This document shows, piece after piece, positions 21,230-34,232 of a stretch of DNA of 64,000 nucleotides. A program made the position numbers and the translations under genes. Every line of letters starts with the position of its first letter. Positions within the stretch are counted from its first letter, which is position 1. Below the pieces are notes generated by a model. That model saw only the letters and a program-made list of their open reading frames with translations, made no database searches and had not been told where the DNA came from. The DNA is from a bacterium (lineage in GTDB: Bacteria > SM23-31): positions 1,120,001 through 1,184,000 of the forward strand of contig OZ252239.1 of assembly GCA_965249485.1 (NCBI GenBank). The letters run 5' to 3'.

Positions 21230-24200
21230 ATGAAAAAATCAATACAGCTTTTTAGTATTTTAGCAATCATCGTAATTTTAGTCCCGGGTTTAGCTTTCGG
21301 ACAGACTCCTGTTCTGACTGTCCCGCAGCCCGACTTAAATTTTGGATCTCAACCTTTAAATCAACAATCTCCACCAATCAGTTTTGAGATTAAAAATACC
21401 GGGGATGCCGACCTTAATGTCACTTCTATGGTGATAAACGGGGTAGACCCTGCTTCTTTTTCCATTTCACAGACTTCTGCCGGGCCAATAGCACCTAATA
21501 ACAGCTTTTTTGTTGATGCGTTTTTTACACCAACGCGAGTAGGTGATCATTCTGCGAACGTCGATATTACAAGCGACGGTGGTTTCTTTCCTCTGCCACT
21601 TTTTGGATTCGGTGATGACGGAGGTGGCGGAGGTGGTGGCAGTGGTCCGCCGATATTCGGTGGTGGGTTCTTTGATAAAGGTGGTGTGACCCAGGTTGAG
21701 ATTTTTGGTTTTGAAATTCCGAACGATCTCGAAAGCGTCACCGTCGGGACTCATGATGTAACAGGGATTTCTGTAGTCCCGGATCCGGAATCATCCGATC
21801 CGAATGGTGTCATTATCAAGGGAGCAACTTCCGCACTTATTTCGACAATACTACCTGGCTTATTTGATGTCAACATTACTTCGACTTCATTAGGTGATCT
21901 TTCTTTTCCGCAGTTAAATTTTGAAGTCCACACTGGCCCGCCGGCAGGTGGAGGAATATTCGGATCTTTTAAAGATGACGGTGCCAGTGGTATCTCCGTT
22001 CATATCGGCGGTCCGGATGTCCCCAGTACGTTACCGGGAATTGTAACCGTTGGCGTGAATCAGGTTATCAATTTTAGTCATTTTGAGGACTTGCCCGATT
22101 TTCCGGGAGAGTTTATTATCGAAGGGACGATTGCACTTCCGATCGCAAGTTTCCCTGAAGGCCCTTATGATGTTGTGATTGATGCTTTGTCATTTCCAGG
22201 GGTCTTTTTCGGTATCGATACTGGCCCGCCGCCTCCGGCAGGTGCCGATCTTCTCATCGAGCCGCAGATACTCACTTTCGGCTCGGCGGCAGCTCCGATA
22301 GAAACGGGTCTTTCATCAACAGGATCATTTACAGTGACGAATAACGGTGGTAGTCCGGTTGATGTTACGTTTACTGTTCAGGGACCTCCCGAAGACTTTT
22401 CAATCAGCACGACGTCTTTACCACAGTTAGCTCAAGGGGCACAGGAATCAGTTACGGTAACGTTTTCTCCTCAATTTGCTGATCCTACGGGCCAGGCAAC
22501 TTCTGGTTTTGTGGAGATAATTGTCGATGGACAACAATTCGGTGGTGTGGAATTGCAGGGTTTTGCTCTTCAGGGTCCTGAAATTTTTGATGGTGTAATC
22601 TTTGGTAAAACGGGTCAAAATGTAACTGTTGTGGAAATATCCGGAGTGAATTTACCGACTCCAGCTGTAGGATCGACAATATCTGTCGGTACCCATACGG
22701 TTTCCGTTACCAGAGCAGGTCCTAATCCTGATCACCCGGAGGATACTGAGATCGTCGGGACAGTAAGTGCAGATATTTCGACGTTCACCACTGACAAGCA
22801 GACACTGAATGTCACAATCGGGGCAGATACATTCGCGAGTGTTGAGTTTGATATTTTTAAGGCGGGGGATGTCCCTCAGGTGATCGCCGGAGATATTAAA
22901 GAAGTCAGTACTGGAATAACAGAAATCGAACTCTTTGGCGCAAATATTCCTTCAACGACGGCAGATTTCACATCTGTTACGGTAGGTGGATTTCCGGTTA
23001 CTGGTGTTGCTGTCACGATTGATGCTGAATTTGAAACAGTCGCCGGCATTGTGATCATTGAAATATTAGGAACCATATCGCAGGATCTTTCTGCATTTGC
23101 GACCGCCGATCAAGAAGAGGTTACACTTGATATTGTACTCACGGCTGCGGCTCTTCCCGGTGGAAGTTTAACGGAAACCGGAGTTAGAATTTTCCTTGAT
23201 CATTTTGACGGTGATCCCGGACCAGGTCCCGGACCCGAACCCACAGTTTTTAATATTCATAGCGGGGATTTCTTTGATGCAGGTGCAGGAAATGTGACAG
23301 TAAAATTATTTAGCACTAATTTTCCAGCGGATATTATAACGTCTACCATAACGATTTCCGGAACCGGTATTACTGCCGGCAGTTCTGTTGTAACCGGTGT
23401 CACCGGACCGTCTCCCGATCCAAATGACACATCCGGCGGAGGGGAATTCATCGAAGGCACCATAGTAGCAGATTTTGCTTCACTGATAGAAGGTGATTAC
23501 GCGGTCGATGTTACCAATTCTGCCGAAGGACCGTTTAATTTTCCCAATGTATTATTTTTCCCCGGTGGTCCGGGGGGGAACCGGGAGGCGATCTTTTTCT
23601 TGGCGGTATACTCTTTAGTGAATCCGGAGTTGCCGGTATCGTCGATCTAACGATTTTCGGTGGCGGATTTGACCAGCTTACGGCAGCGTTCTCTATTTCA
23701 GTAGCTACCGGTGAAAGACAAACCGGAACGGTGTATCCCGTTTCAAGTCCCGTATTTGTGTTAGGTGATGCAACATCTCCCGATAGAATTGAAGAGAAAA
23801 TTGACGCAAATAGTGCTGATTTGAGCTTAGATAGTTACTTTGTGCAGTTGACAGATTGTGCTGAGATATTAGAACAGCTTGTTTTTGTTGAGGATGACGG
23901 CGGTAGTTCAGGCACCGATCCGTTCATCTTCAACGGTTTTATTCATCCGTCCGATGACAATCTGCAGACTGAGATCGAGCTCTTTGGACAGAATCTTGTC
24001 AGTTTCGTCAGTGCAAGCGACGTTATCGAGCTGTCACAAGTGGAGGATCCATATTGTTGTCGAATTTGCATTCGCCGTTACCGATGTTACAGTTGATAAT
24101 GCGGGTTATGACCAGATTATCGGTTTCCTTGGGACCACTATTGAAACAATCCCATTCGGTGACTATTTCGGCAGGATCATCATCAGTACCGATACCCTTA

Positions 24201-27200
24201 CATTCAATATTTTACACGAAGCTCCGCCGCCAAGTAATCACCAGGTGTTTATCGGATTTTTCGGATCGGATGAACCCGGATTTGCTCATGTGAACATTCA
24301 CGGAGCCCTTTTACCGTTAGATTTATCCCAGATAACAATATCTGACGCTACCGGATTTTCGATCACCCTTACATTAGCAGATTTTACTGTCGAAACTGAT
24401 CCAACAGCACCGAATAGCGTGATAATTGAAGGGCGCTATCCGGTCGATTTTACAACACTTGCTGCCGGGAACTATACTGTTGTACTGACTTCCGGTGCAG
24501 CGGGTGTGCTGACTTTCTCTGATGTTCCCTTTGATGTGGAGACCGGCACCGGTGGTACAGACGGTTACTTTATTGAACGTTTCGCGATCTTCGAGTCCAA
24601 CCAGGTTACGGAATTTGTGATGGCTGGAGACAATTTCGAAAGTATTGATCAAACGCAATTCGAGCTTATCCTGGCGAACGATGCAGCTTTTGCAGGAACC
24701 ACCTATCCGGTAACAGGTCTCACGTTTGAGTTTAATGACAGAGTTCCGGACGAGATACATGGTATTGTAAATGCTCCGGCATCAACCTTTATTTCAGGAC
24801 AAACGTTTCTAAAGATCATAGATAGGGGTTCTGAAAATGTTAATATAGTCTTCTTCTCGGAATCGCCGTCCGGTATTGAAGTGCATGATATCCAGATAGA
24901 GCAAAGTGGTGATCGAACCGATAGAAGCAAGATCGATATATTCGGTTTCGGATTTTTCGGTGTTCCAATTGTCAACATACAAATTTCAAATGATGCTACG
25001 TTTGCTACCAACGTTCACAATATCGTAAATGTTGCCGTAGAAAGTGAAGGCAATATTCGTGGTTTTATTGAAGCAGATGCATTTAGTTTTGCCCCCGGCA
25101 CGTATTATCTGAGGTTCTTAACACCCGAAGGTGAGTTTATCATCGATGTTATTTTCGAAGGTCCTGAAGTCAAACTCCTCGGTATAACCATGGTAGCCGG
25201 CGCTAATGCCAGTGAAACGACACTGCAGGTTACCGGTAAAGGACTGACTACGGTGAACTTTGATTCACTTATTATCAGTGTGTCTCAAGATCCTGCTTTT
25301 GCAGCAGGAAGCGATATATATGTTGCTGAGAATATTGTGGTAACAACCAATCCTGACGGCACAGACCAGGCCTCCGGAACAATGACCGTTGATTTTGCCA
25401 GCCTTGCAGCGGGATCCTATTTCATGCGGGTTGTTGATCTGGATCCTGAGGAAGAAACCGAATTATTCCCATTCTTCTTTGGTACTGCGACCAGTACTGG
25501 ATTAGTTGAAGACATTGCAGTGTTCCCGAGCGCAGCTGGCGGTATGGAAGTCAATATGATCATTAAGGATTTTGTGACAACTGATATTGTTTCCTTCGAA
25601 CTCTCTAATGACCTGACGTTTACCAGGTCGGACAGCGTCTTTCTGGTCCTCAATCCGGTGTTTACGCCTGATCCTTTAGGATTCGAGATCGTTAATGCAA
25701 GGATCGACGCTCCATTCTCACGGATCCTTGATGCTGATTACTATGTGAGGGTTACCCTTACGGACAACAGTCAATTGCTATTTGGCCCATTCAGATTCGG
25801 TGTCGGTACGGTCGATCTGCCGCCGCCGGTATTCTTTGAATTCCCACGGGTTATCGATGGCGATTCCGTGTCGGTAACGATCGGCTGGGTGACCGATAAG
25901 CCGGCTACCAGTGAAGTCGAATACAATACTGCTGTGGATTTTAACGGCAATAATTTTGTGGAAAGTGACCCAACTCTGACCGATGTACACATTGTTGAGA
26001 TCACCGGTCTGACACCGCGTACCGATTACATCTATTTCGTCAAATCAACCGACGAAAACAATCAGTCACTCTTTTCACCAAAGCTGAATTTCAATACAAA
26101 CGTCGTCACAGATGATGAACCTCCAGTAATTTTCGACATTCCGCGCGTTTTCGGTGTTACCCGTACGTCGGCAACGATCGGCTGGCTGACCAATGAACGC
26201 TCTACCAGTCTCGTAGAATACAATACCCAGACACAATGGGATCTCGGCATCAGGCTTACGGCAGAAGTTGCTGGACTGGTCCGCGAACACAGAGTGCCAC
26301 TTGCCGATCTTATCCCCGGTGAAACCTATGTACTCCGAGTCAGCTCTACTGACCGGTTTGACAATGAACCGGCGGTAAGTCCGGAAAGGACTTTTACGAC
26401 GCTCTTAGTTGCTGATGAAGAATCGCCGCTCATTCTCGGATTCCCGTTCGGTCAGCCTCTCGATATAACGGTTGTCGAGATCATCTGGCAGACCAACGAA
26501 GCTGCCGACAGCCGCGTTGAGTACTATGAACGTGGTGACAATACCGGTGTCCGCGTGAAAGAAGATGATGCGGATGTTTTCGACCACAGCATCATTATTT
26601 CCGGACTGACACCGGGTCTGACCTATGAGGCTCGCGTCTCATCAACTGACCCTTCAGACAATGGCACTAGGAGCGAACTGTTCAGCTGGACAATGCCTCT
26701 GACTTTAAGCAGCGAACCGCCGTTCTTCGTAGTCCAGCCTGAAGCGCGCAGTACGGATCTGGGTAAGGTGACGGTCAGGTGGGAATCGAACACACCGTCA
26801 AATACCATTATCTCATATAATACTGAAGAATTGTATAATCAGGAAATATTCCTGTTCTTTGAAGACCCGGCATTTGTTTTAGAACACCGTGCTGTGTTTG
26901 AAGGTTTACTGCCCAACACGAACTATAAACTTCAGGCACAAATGTGGGACAGCAGGGGTATCGGGTCTGCACTCAGCCAGGTCATCGAATTCAGGACATC
27001 AGGTACAGCCGATGATGCTGCACCTGCACTCAGAGGTTTTCCGGGTATTGTTGAATCCAGCCCTACCACTGTCGTTTTAGGCTGGCTGACCGATGAACCT
27101 TCAACGTCCATAGTCTCCTTTGCGCCGACAGACGGTTTTCCGGCTGGTCTGGTCCGTTTTGAAGATCCGGCGCCCGTGCTCGACGTTCGGCACTTCGTGT

Positions 27201-30200
27201 TCCTGAGCGGGTTAACGCCGGGTACAGCATATACCTACACACTCGAATCTGCTGATGCCGCCGGTAACACGGCAACGTTTGAAGGACCTGCGGGACAACC
27301 GTATACCTTCACTACACGGGGTTCGGACGATAATGAACCTCCTATCATATGGGGATTCCCGAGAGTTGTTGGTGTTGACACAAGCAAAGCAACGGTAGAG
27401 TGGATAACGAATGAGTTCTCCACGAGTATTGTTCAGTATAACACACCTGAAGCATTAGCCGCAGGTGATACCCTCGTTGCTGAAAAATTTAATTTTGTAG
27501 ACTTTCATTCGGTTACACTCACAGGTCTGACCAAGAACACGCCGTATTTTTACAGGGTTGGTTCAACCGACAGAAACAACAATGGCCCGACCTTCAGTCC
27601 TGTCCAGGAATTCAGGACGGCCGGCGAGTCGGACAATACACCGCCGTTCATTAAGGGATTCCCGGGTGTGAACGTAGTCGATCCTACATCGGCGATATTC
27701 TTCTGGGAAACCGATGAAGCATCAAACAGCGTCGTGAATTACCGGCCGCTTGATGAAACCGGTGTTGGTATCGGCGATTTCCTCTTTGTGCCTGACCAGG
27801 TACTCACGCGCTTCCATACGGTTTTTGTTCCGGGCCTGACGCCTGGTACGAATTATGAATTCTTTGTATCTTCGGCCGACGCAAACAACAACGGCACGTC
27901 GAGCGGAATTTCCACGTTTACCACGCGGACTGATGCAGACGCCGATGCACCACGATTTTTTGCCTGGCCGTCTGTTGAAGTATTCAGTACAACTGAAGCC
28001 AGGGTATTTTTTGAAACGGATGAACCGGCAACAACCACGATAGAATATAATGAGACAAGCCTGTTCGATGTCGGCATATTCCTCGTTTTTGATGACCTGA
28101 ACCTGCTGCCGTTGCACGATGTCGTGCTTTCCGGTCTTACCGCCGGAACACGGTACAAACTGCGTATTTCGACGACGGACGGCCAGAACAATGGTCCTAC
28201 GGTAAGTCGTACACTGGAGTTCGCGACTTCAAACGTTGAAGATAACCAGCCGCCGGGATTTACGTCTGTACCGCAGCCCGTTGTCAGGGACACCAACCTG
28301 GTCGTTATCGGATGGAGTACTGACGAGATCGCGACGAGCGCAGTTATCTATGCGAGAGCAGAGGACTACGATACTGAAAACCTCAGGCGCCGCGCTGAAG
28401 GCGGTGCGGAAGGAACCGATCACCTGGTCACGGTTACCGGTCTGGAAAAGAATAAATCGTATAGATACCAGATCGAATCAAAAGACAGCAGGGGCAATGT
28501 CCGCGTCGGTACCTGCGTCTTTGATTTCAAAACGACGAATGTTGTGGATACGAGGGCGCCGGTTATCGAGATCGGTCCCACGCCGCTCGAACGGGGTCCT
28601 GACAGAGTCGTCATTGCCTGGAAAACCGACGAACCGGGCAAGAGTATCGTTGAGATAGCGCTCGAAGCGGATTTCCCGACTGAAACACTCAGGAGAAGAG
28701 TTGAACGGTCCGACCTGGCTGATGGCCATTTTGTGGAAATCGATAAGCTCACGGCGAACACGCAATACTTCTACCGTGTCGGCTCCATAGACTCGAGAAA
28801 CAACGGACCGGACTGGTCTGACGTACGAGATGTCAGCACCACCGCCGTCGAGGATAACACACCACCGGTGATACGCGGAAATCCTGATTTCAGGCCTGTT
28901 GACGAAACATCAATGGTTATAAACTGGTTCACGAATAAACAGGCAAACAGCAGGGTTGACTTCTGGCCGAACTCCGATCCGTCGGCAGTAGACCATTAGG
29001 GAACTCTCCGACTTCGTTAGAGAACACGAGGTGCAGTTGAAAGACCTCACCTCGGGTACTGCTTACAGTTTTGGAGTAGTCTCGGCCGACAATAATGACA
29101 GAACGGCGGAAAAAGGTATATTTACCTTCACAACTCCGGCAGGTGCGGATGTGACACCACCTACTTTCGACGAATTCCCCAGGACGCAGAATGTCGATAC
29201 GTCGTCGTTCACCATCGGCTGGAAGACAAATGAACGGGCAACGTCAGAGGTCCTAGTTGTATGCGGTTGCCACACCAGCGGATACGCAGTTTTTCGGAGG
29301 AGGAGATTTTTCAATACCGCACACCGTGTTTGCCGGCGGTCTTACGTCAGCTACGGACTACATGGTACGAACATCATCCAGTGACCCGGCAGGCAATGGC
29401 CCGACGTTCAGTCCATGGTTCCCGCTCAGGACAAGAGCTGCGAAAGACAGGGAAGCTGCCCGTATCCTTGGCGGAATCAAAGAAGCTGACCTGAGAGATA
29501 CGAGTGTCAGGATAAAGTTTATCTCGAGTGAACCGGCTACCTTTGAGATCGAATACGGCCTGACTGAAGGCTGGCCGAATAATAAACTGTTTGATAACGG
29601 TACTACGTTTGAACAGGAGCACGAAATTCCGCTCGCGAGTCTGCAGCCCGATACCTCGTTTAACTACTGGGTCAGGCTGACCGACGAGGCTGGTAACCAG
29701 TCAGCTTTCTTTGATTTGCAAACATTCCGTACGAGAGCCGCACCGGATGAGACACCGCCGCGGATCTTCGGACTGGTCGATGTCGGTGACAAATCAGAAA
29801 CCGGCGTTACGGTCAAATGGCGCACCAATGAAAATGCGAACAGTATTGTCACGTATGCAAAATCGGTAGACTGGCCTAACGATTCAACAGTCGTACCTGA
29901 CCAGGCACTTGTCACCGAGCACTTTGTCAAGTTAACCGGCCTTGAGACAGCGACAGAATATACCTATTGCAATCGAGTCAACAGACGGGCAGGACAACGG
30001 GCCCACGATTGGCCCCGTGAACCTTTTCACCACCCTTGCCGCGCCCGATAATACGCCGCCGGTCATCCAGGGTATTCCGACAGAAAGAGGGCTCGATACG
30101 ACGTTCGTGACCATTGTCTGGGGTACCGACGAGCCGACGACGGGCCGTATCGAGATACGTGAAAAGGATAATCCGACCAACTTGTACAGTGAACTCGATG

Positions 30201-33200
30201 GTGATGTGGAACGGAGACATGGAGTCGATATCACAGGACTGACACCGGGAACGACCTACGAGTACAAGGTAAGCTCGAGCGATGCCAGGGGTAATGGACC
30301 TACCGAAAGTGCGTTCCAGGAATTCACCACACTGACTACTCCCGATAACACGCCGCCAAGCATCGTGGGAGATCCCATCGTTACGACAACGGAGAACAGC
30401 GCAACGATCACGTTCAAAACGAACGAAGTCTCGTATGTGTCTATACCGTATGATAGTATAGACAGTTTTAGTAATAATTTTCCTAGTGGAACTAGTGACG
30501 GTGGTGCTACCGAACACAGTATAACACTGACCGATCTTACTGCAAATACCCGTTTCTTTTATAAATTAAATTTTACTGACAGTAAGCAAAATTCAAGTTC
30601 CTTCCCGGACGACGGAAGTAACCTAGAATTCCGCACGAAACGGGCAGAAGATCCTGCTCTCCTGGTGGCACCGAAACGTACCGCAGGCCCGAGAGAAGTC
30701 GATATTACAACAAATTCGGCAACCATCGAGTGGCGGACGGATCAGCCCTCGAATTCGCGGGCTGACGTATTTGTTGATAAAGCTCTGGAGAGAGTCTTAT
30801 TGAAGACGGTTGAGCAGGATAACGACGAACTTACTACCGATCACCGTGTCCAGCTTACAAATCTGGGGGCCGATACGACCTATTTCTACGAGATCAGGTC
30901 AAAGAACCAGAATAGTGTTGAGCTTGTTGATGATAACAACAGTTTGCGTTATAGCTTCACTACGCGTGCGGCTGTTGATAACGCAGCAGCGAAGATTACA
31001 GAACGTCCTAATGCCGAATCGATAACAACCAACAGTGCGACGATCGTCTGGAAGACTGATAAGCGGTCGTCGAGTAAGGTTGACTTCGGAACGGTCCAGG
31101 GTACGCTCGACAGATCGGTCAAAGCTGATGAAGTTGATGGTGTTGAAGACCACAAGATCCCATTGACCGAACTGCTTCCGGATACGACCTATTTTTACAC
31201 GGTATCGTCGACGAGGAGCAACGGCCAGACGGTCACTGGTGAAGTTAAAACGATTCAGAACCGAAGGTGCACCCGACAACACACCGCCGAAGATCGAAAC
31301 CGGGCCTGATCCGACCACCGTAGGAACGACATCGGCAACCATTGAATGGGTAACCGATGAGCTTTCGACGAGTACGGTGCAATTTGCTCAGGCGTCCGAA
31401 AGTGCGTGGCGCAGAAAGAGGAATTTAGCCGGCTCTGTGTTTGACAATCTTGTCAGCCAGAATGATCCTGTGATAGTAATTGTCGACATCGCTGAAGATG
31501 CGCAGGGTGTCCTAAACCACAAGGCTGTAATAACCCTGGGGGAAGATAAACCTTATTTCTTCAGAGTAATTTCAAAAGACCTCAGCCCTGCGAGAAACAC
31601 GGTAACGAGCAGGATCAAACTCTTCAGGACAAAAATAACGCCCGATGTAACACCGCCCAAACTTACTGAAGGACCGGATGCGAATCTGTCAGGTCTGTTT
31701 GGTATCGTGAGCTGGCAAACCGATGAACAGGCTATCGGATCCGTATCCATCCGTCCAAAGGGTACTACGGGTAACTTCGAAAAAACTTCCGGCGGCCTTA
31801 TAGCGACCAGGTTCCATACGATCATCCTCACGTCCCTGGATCTGGGTACCGAATACGAATTCTTCCTGGAATGGAGGGACGAAGCAGGGAATACAGGCCG
31901 GTGGGATCCTCCTGATCCAAATGCAGCCGCCAAGGGGAATCAGCCTCCGGGTGGCGGCGGCTTCTTCTTCACGAGCCCGACCCCCGATTCCCAGCAGCCG
32001 GTTATCACCGAGGGGCCGTTTATTGTAGCCAAGACGACGAATACGATCACGGTAGAAAGGAAGACCGATGAACGGAGTGACTCATTCGTGAACTTTGGTC
32101 TCGATAACAACTATGGATCGGTCAAAGGTGAAACTGAAAACGTGAGTGATCACAAGATCACACTCACGAACCTGGATTCGGCGACTGTCTATAACTTCCA
32201 GGTAGCGTCGACCGATTTGAGCCCCAACGGTCCCGCTCTCAGCGGTAACCTGGCGGTATCGACCTTGACCACAGCTGATGATACTCCGCCGGAAATAACT
32301 GCCGGACCGGTCATACAGTCGATCACCGATGACCAGGCAACCATTACCTGGGAAACAGACGAAGCTTCGGATACAAGGATAGACTTCGGTACCGATCCGA
32401 TAGTCCTTGACCAGACGAGGATAGTGACGGAAGACGTGACGGTACACAGCATCACGCTGACGAATTTATCACCTGACACGACCTACTTCTTCCAGGTCAA
32501 TTCAACCGATGCGAGTGATAACGGACCTGTATCGAGCGCTCTGCTGCAGTTTAGCGCAGCATCCGGACCGGATCTGACGCCTCCCGCTGTTTCGAATATC
32601 GTACTGCTCTCCGTTACTGATGTATCGGCCACGATCCAATACGAAACGAGTGAACTTGGTGACACGTTCGTCAACTTTGGTCTTGATTCGACCACTTCCG
32701 GTAATGCAGGTAGCTCTTCAGACGTCATGACTCACGTGGTCACCCTGACGAATCTCCTCGCGGATACAACGTACCACTTTACCCTTGGCTCAATAGACAA
32801 GAGCGGTAATGAAACCATTGCCACACCTGATGCGTCTAAGCTGGGTAAAATAAGCACTGGATTTAATATATCCCTCGCAAATGATACATTCACGTTTGAG
32901 ACAGCGGATTCCCCTGATACCGATGCACCTGCTGAACCTTCCGGGCTTGCCGGTGTGGTCGGTAATGGTCAGCTGCAGGTTAGCTGGTCTGCAAATACGG
33001 AACTTGATTTAGACGGCTATAATGTCTATCGCAGCGTAGACGGCGGAGCGTTCCAGTTGATCGAATCACTCATTGAGGATACGTCTTACTCCGCTGCTGG
33101 TCTGACCAATGGATCGACCTACGAATACAAGATCTCCGCAGCTGACAAACAGGTGCCGTTCAATGAAAGTACATAGGCAACGTCAGGTGCGTTACTGCCC

Positions 33201-34109
33201 GACGGAGCCCTGACAGTAGCAATACCTGGCAGACAATTACCATCAGAAGGACAAAGTATTCGTAACGATGAGATCAATTTACAGGTAAATAATATAACAC
33301 TGCCTGCAGGCAGAACAGATATCACCTATGAATTCGTGGTTGCGGCAGAAGCTGACTTCTTTAGCCAGGTGGCATCTGCCACAGGCGTTATCGAAGGTGA
33401 TGAACAGACCACCTGGATTTCTGGTGCAAGCCTGAACGATGATCAGGTTTATTATTGGAAAGTCAGAGCGTTTGATGGATTTTTCCATGGTGAGTGGTCA
33501 GAGACCTTCACTTTTAACGCCGATGCTTCTGTCCCGACAAGCGTCAAACTGATCGATTTCTGGGGTGATATTAGCGGCAATGCAGTTGTGCTCAACTGGT
33601 TAACTTCTATCGAAGTTGATAACTCCGGATTTACTATTTACCGGAGCCTTGAAGAGAACAAGAATTTTGTCAAGGTTGGTGAGATTGTATCCGGCGGCGG
33701 TGATAGCAACTACTCATTCGAAGACAGCGGCATACAAGGCGGCAATACCTATTTCTACCGTCTGGAAGCTTTGAGTACATTCGGAACGGCTGAAGTGCTG
33801 GGTACTATTTCAGTTCAGGCGATGCTTCCGGTGACGTTTCAGCTGCACCAGAATTATCCGAATCCGTTTAATCCGACAACGACGATCAAATTCGATCTTC
33901 CAAAACAATCGAATGTCCAGATCAAGATCTACAACATGCTCGGACAGGAAGTAAAAACACTGCTCAATGAAGAGCGTGTTGCAGGATTCTACGACTTGAA
34001 ATGGGATAGTAGAAATAATAATGGAATTCCAGTCTCAAGCGGAATCTATATTTACCGAATTGTTACCGGGGATTTTGTCAAAGCAAGGAAGATGTTACTG
34101 ATACGGTAA
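21230..34109 (+). CDS. Giant (~4,300 aa) secreted Ig/FN3-repeat surface protein with a T9SS/FlgD-type CTD; interrupted here by 6 frameshifts and 1 in-frame TAG
   Basis: One signal peptide at 21230 and one CTD (LHQNYPNPFNP...KMLLIR) at the end. The repeats continue across breaks at ~23575, ~24050, ~28990, ~29257, ~29967, ~31248 and TAG 33174-33176. Confidence 0.8.
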
Positions 34110-34135
34110 GTTTTTTTTAAATTTGCCATTACATA

Positions 34136-34164
34136 TTGATAATCTGAAAGACAAAGCATATATT
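34136..34164 (+). promoter_or_regulatory. Putative sigma70 promoter of the FG-GAP genes
   Basis: TTGATA-N17-TATATT. Confidence 0.5.
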
Positions 34165-34232
34165 GTTGTGCAACTGGTGAAATGGTTTATTTTTACCAAG
34201 TCCATTACCGTATGTCTGAAGTACGGATGTAA

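Noticed and set aside
23570..31250. Programmed frameshifting or phase variation in the giant gene
   Set aside because: Only the first break lies at a long run (G7). The others look like single extra bases without slippery motifs or stimulatory hairpins, and similar breaks hit unrelated genes.
25813..32910. CRISPR array, DNA tandem repeat or DGR template/variable repeats
   Set aside because: The repetition is at protein level only. There are no identical DNA repeats with spacers, no adenine-specific repeat pair, and no cas or reverse transcriptase gene.
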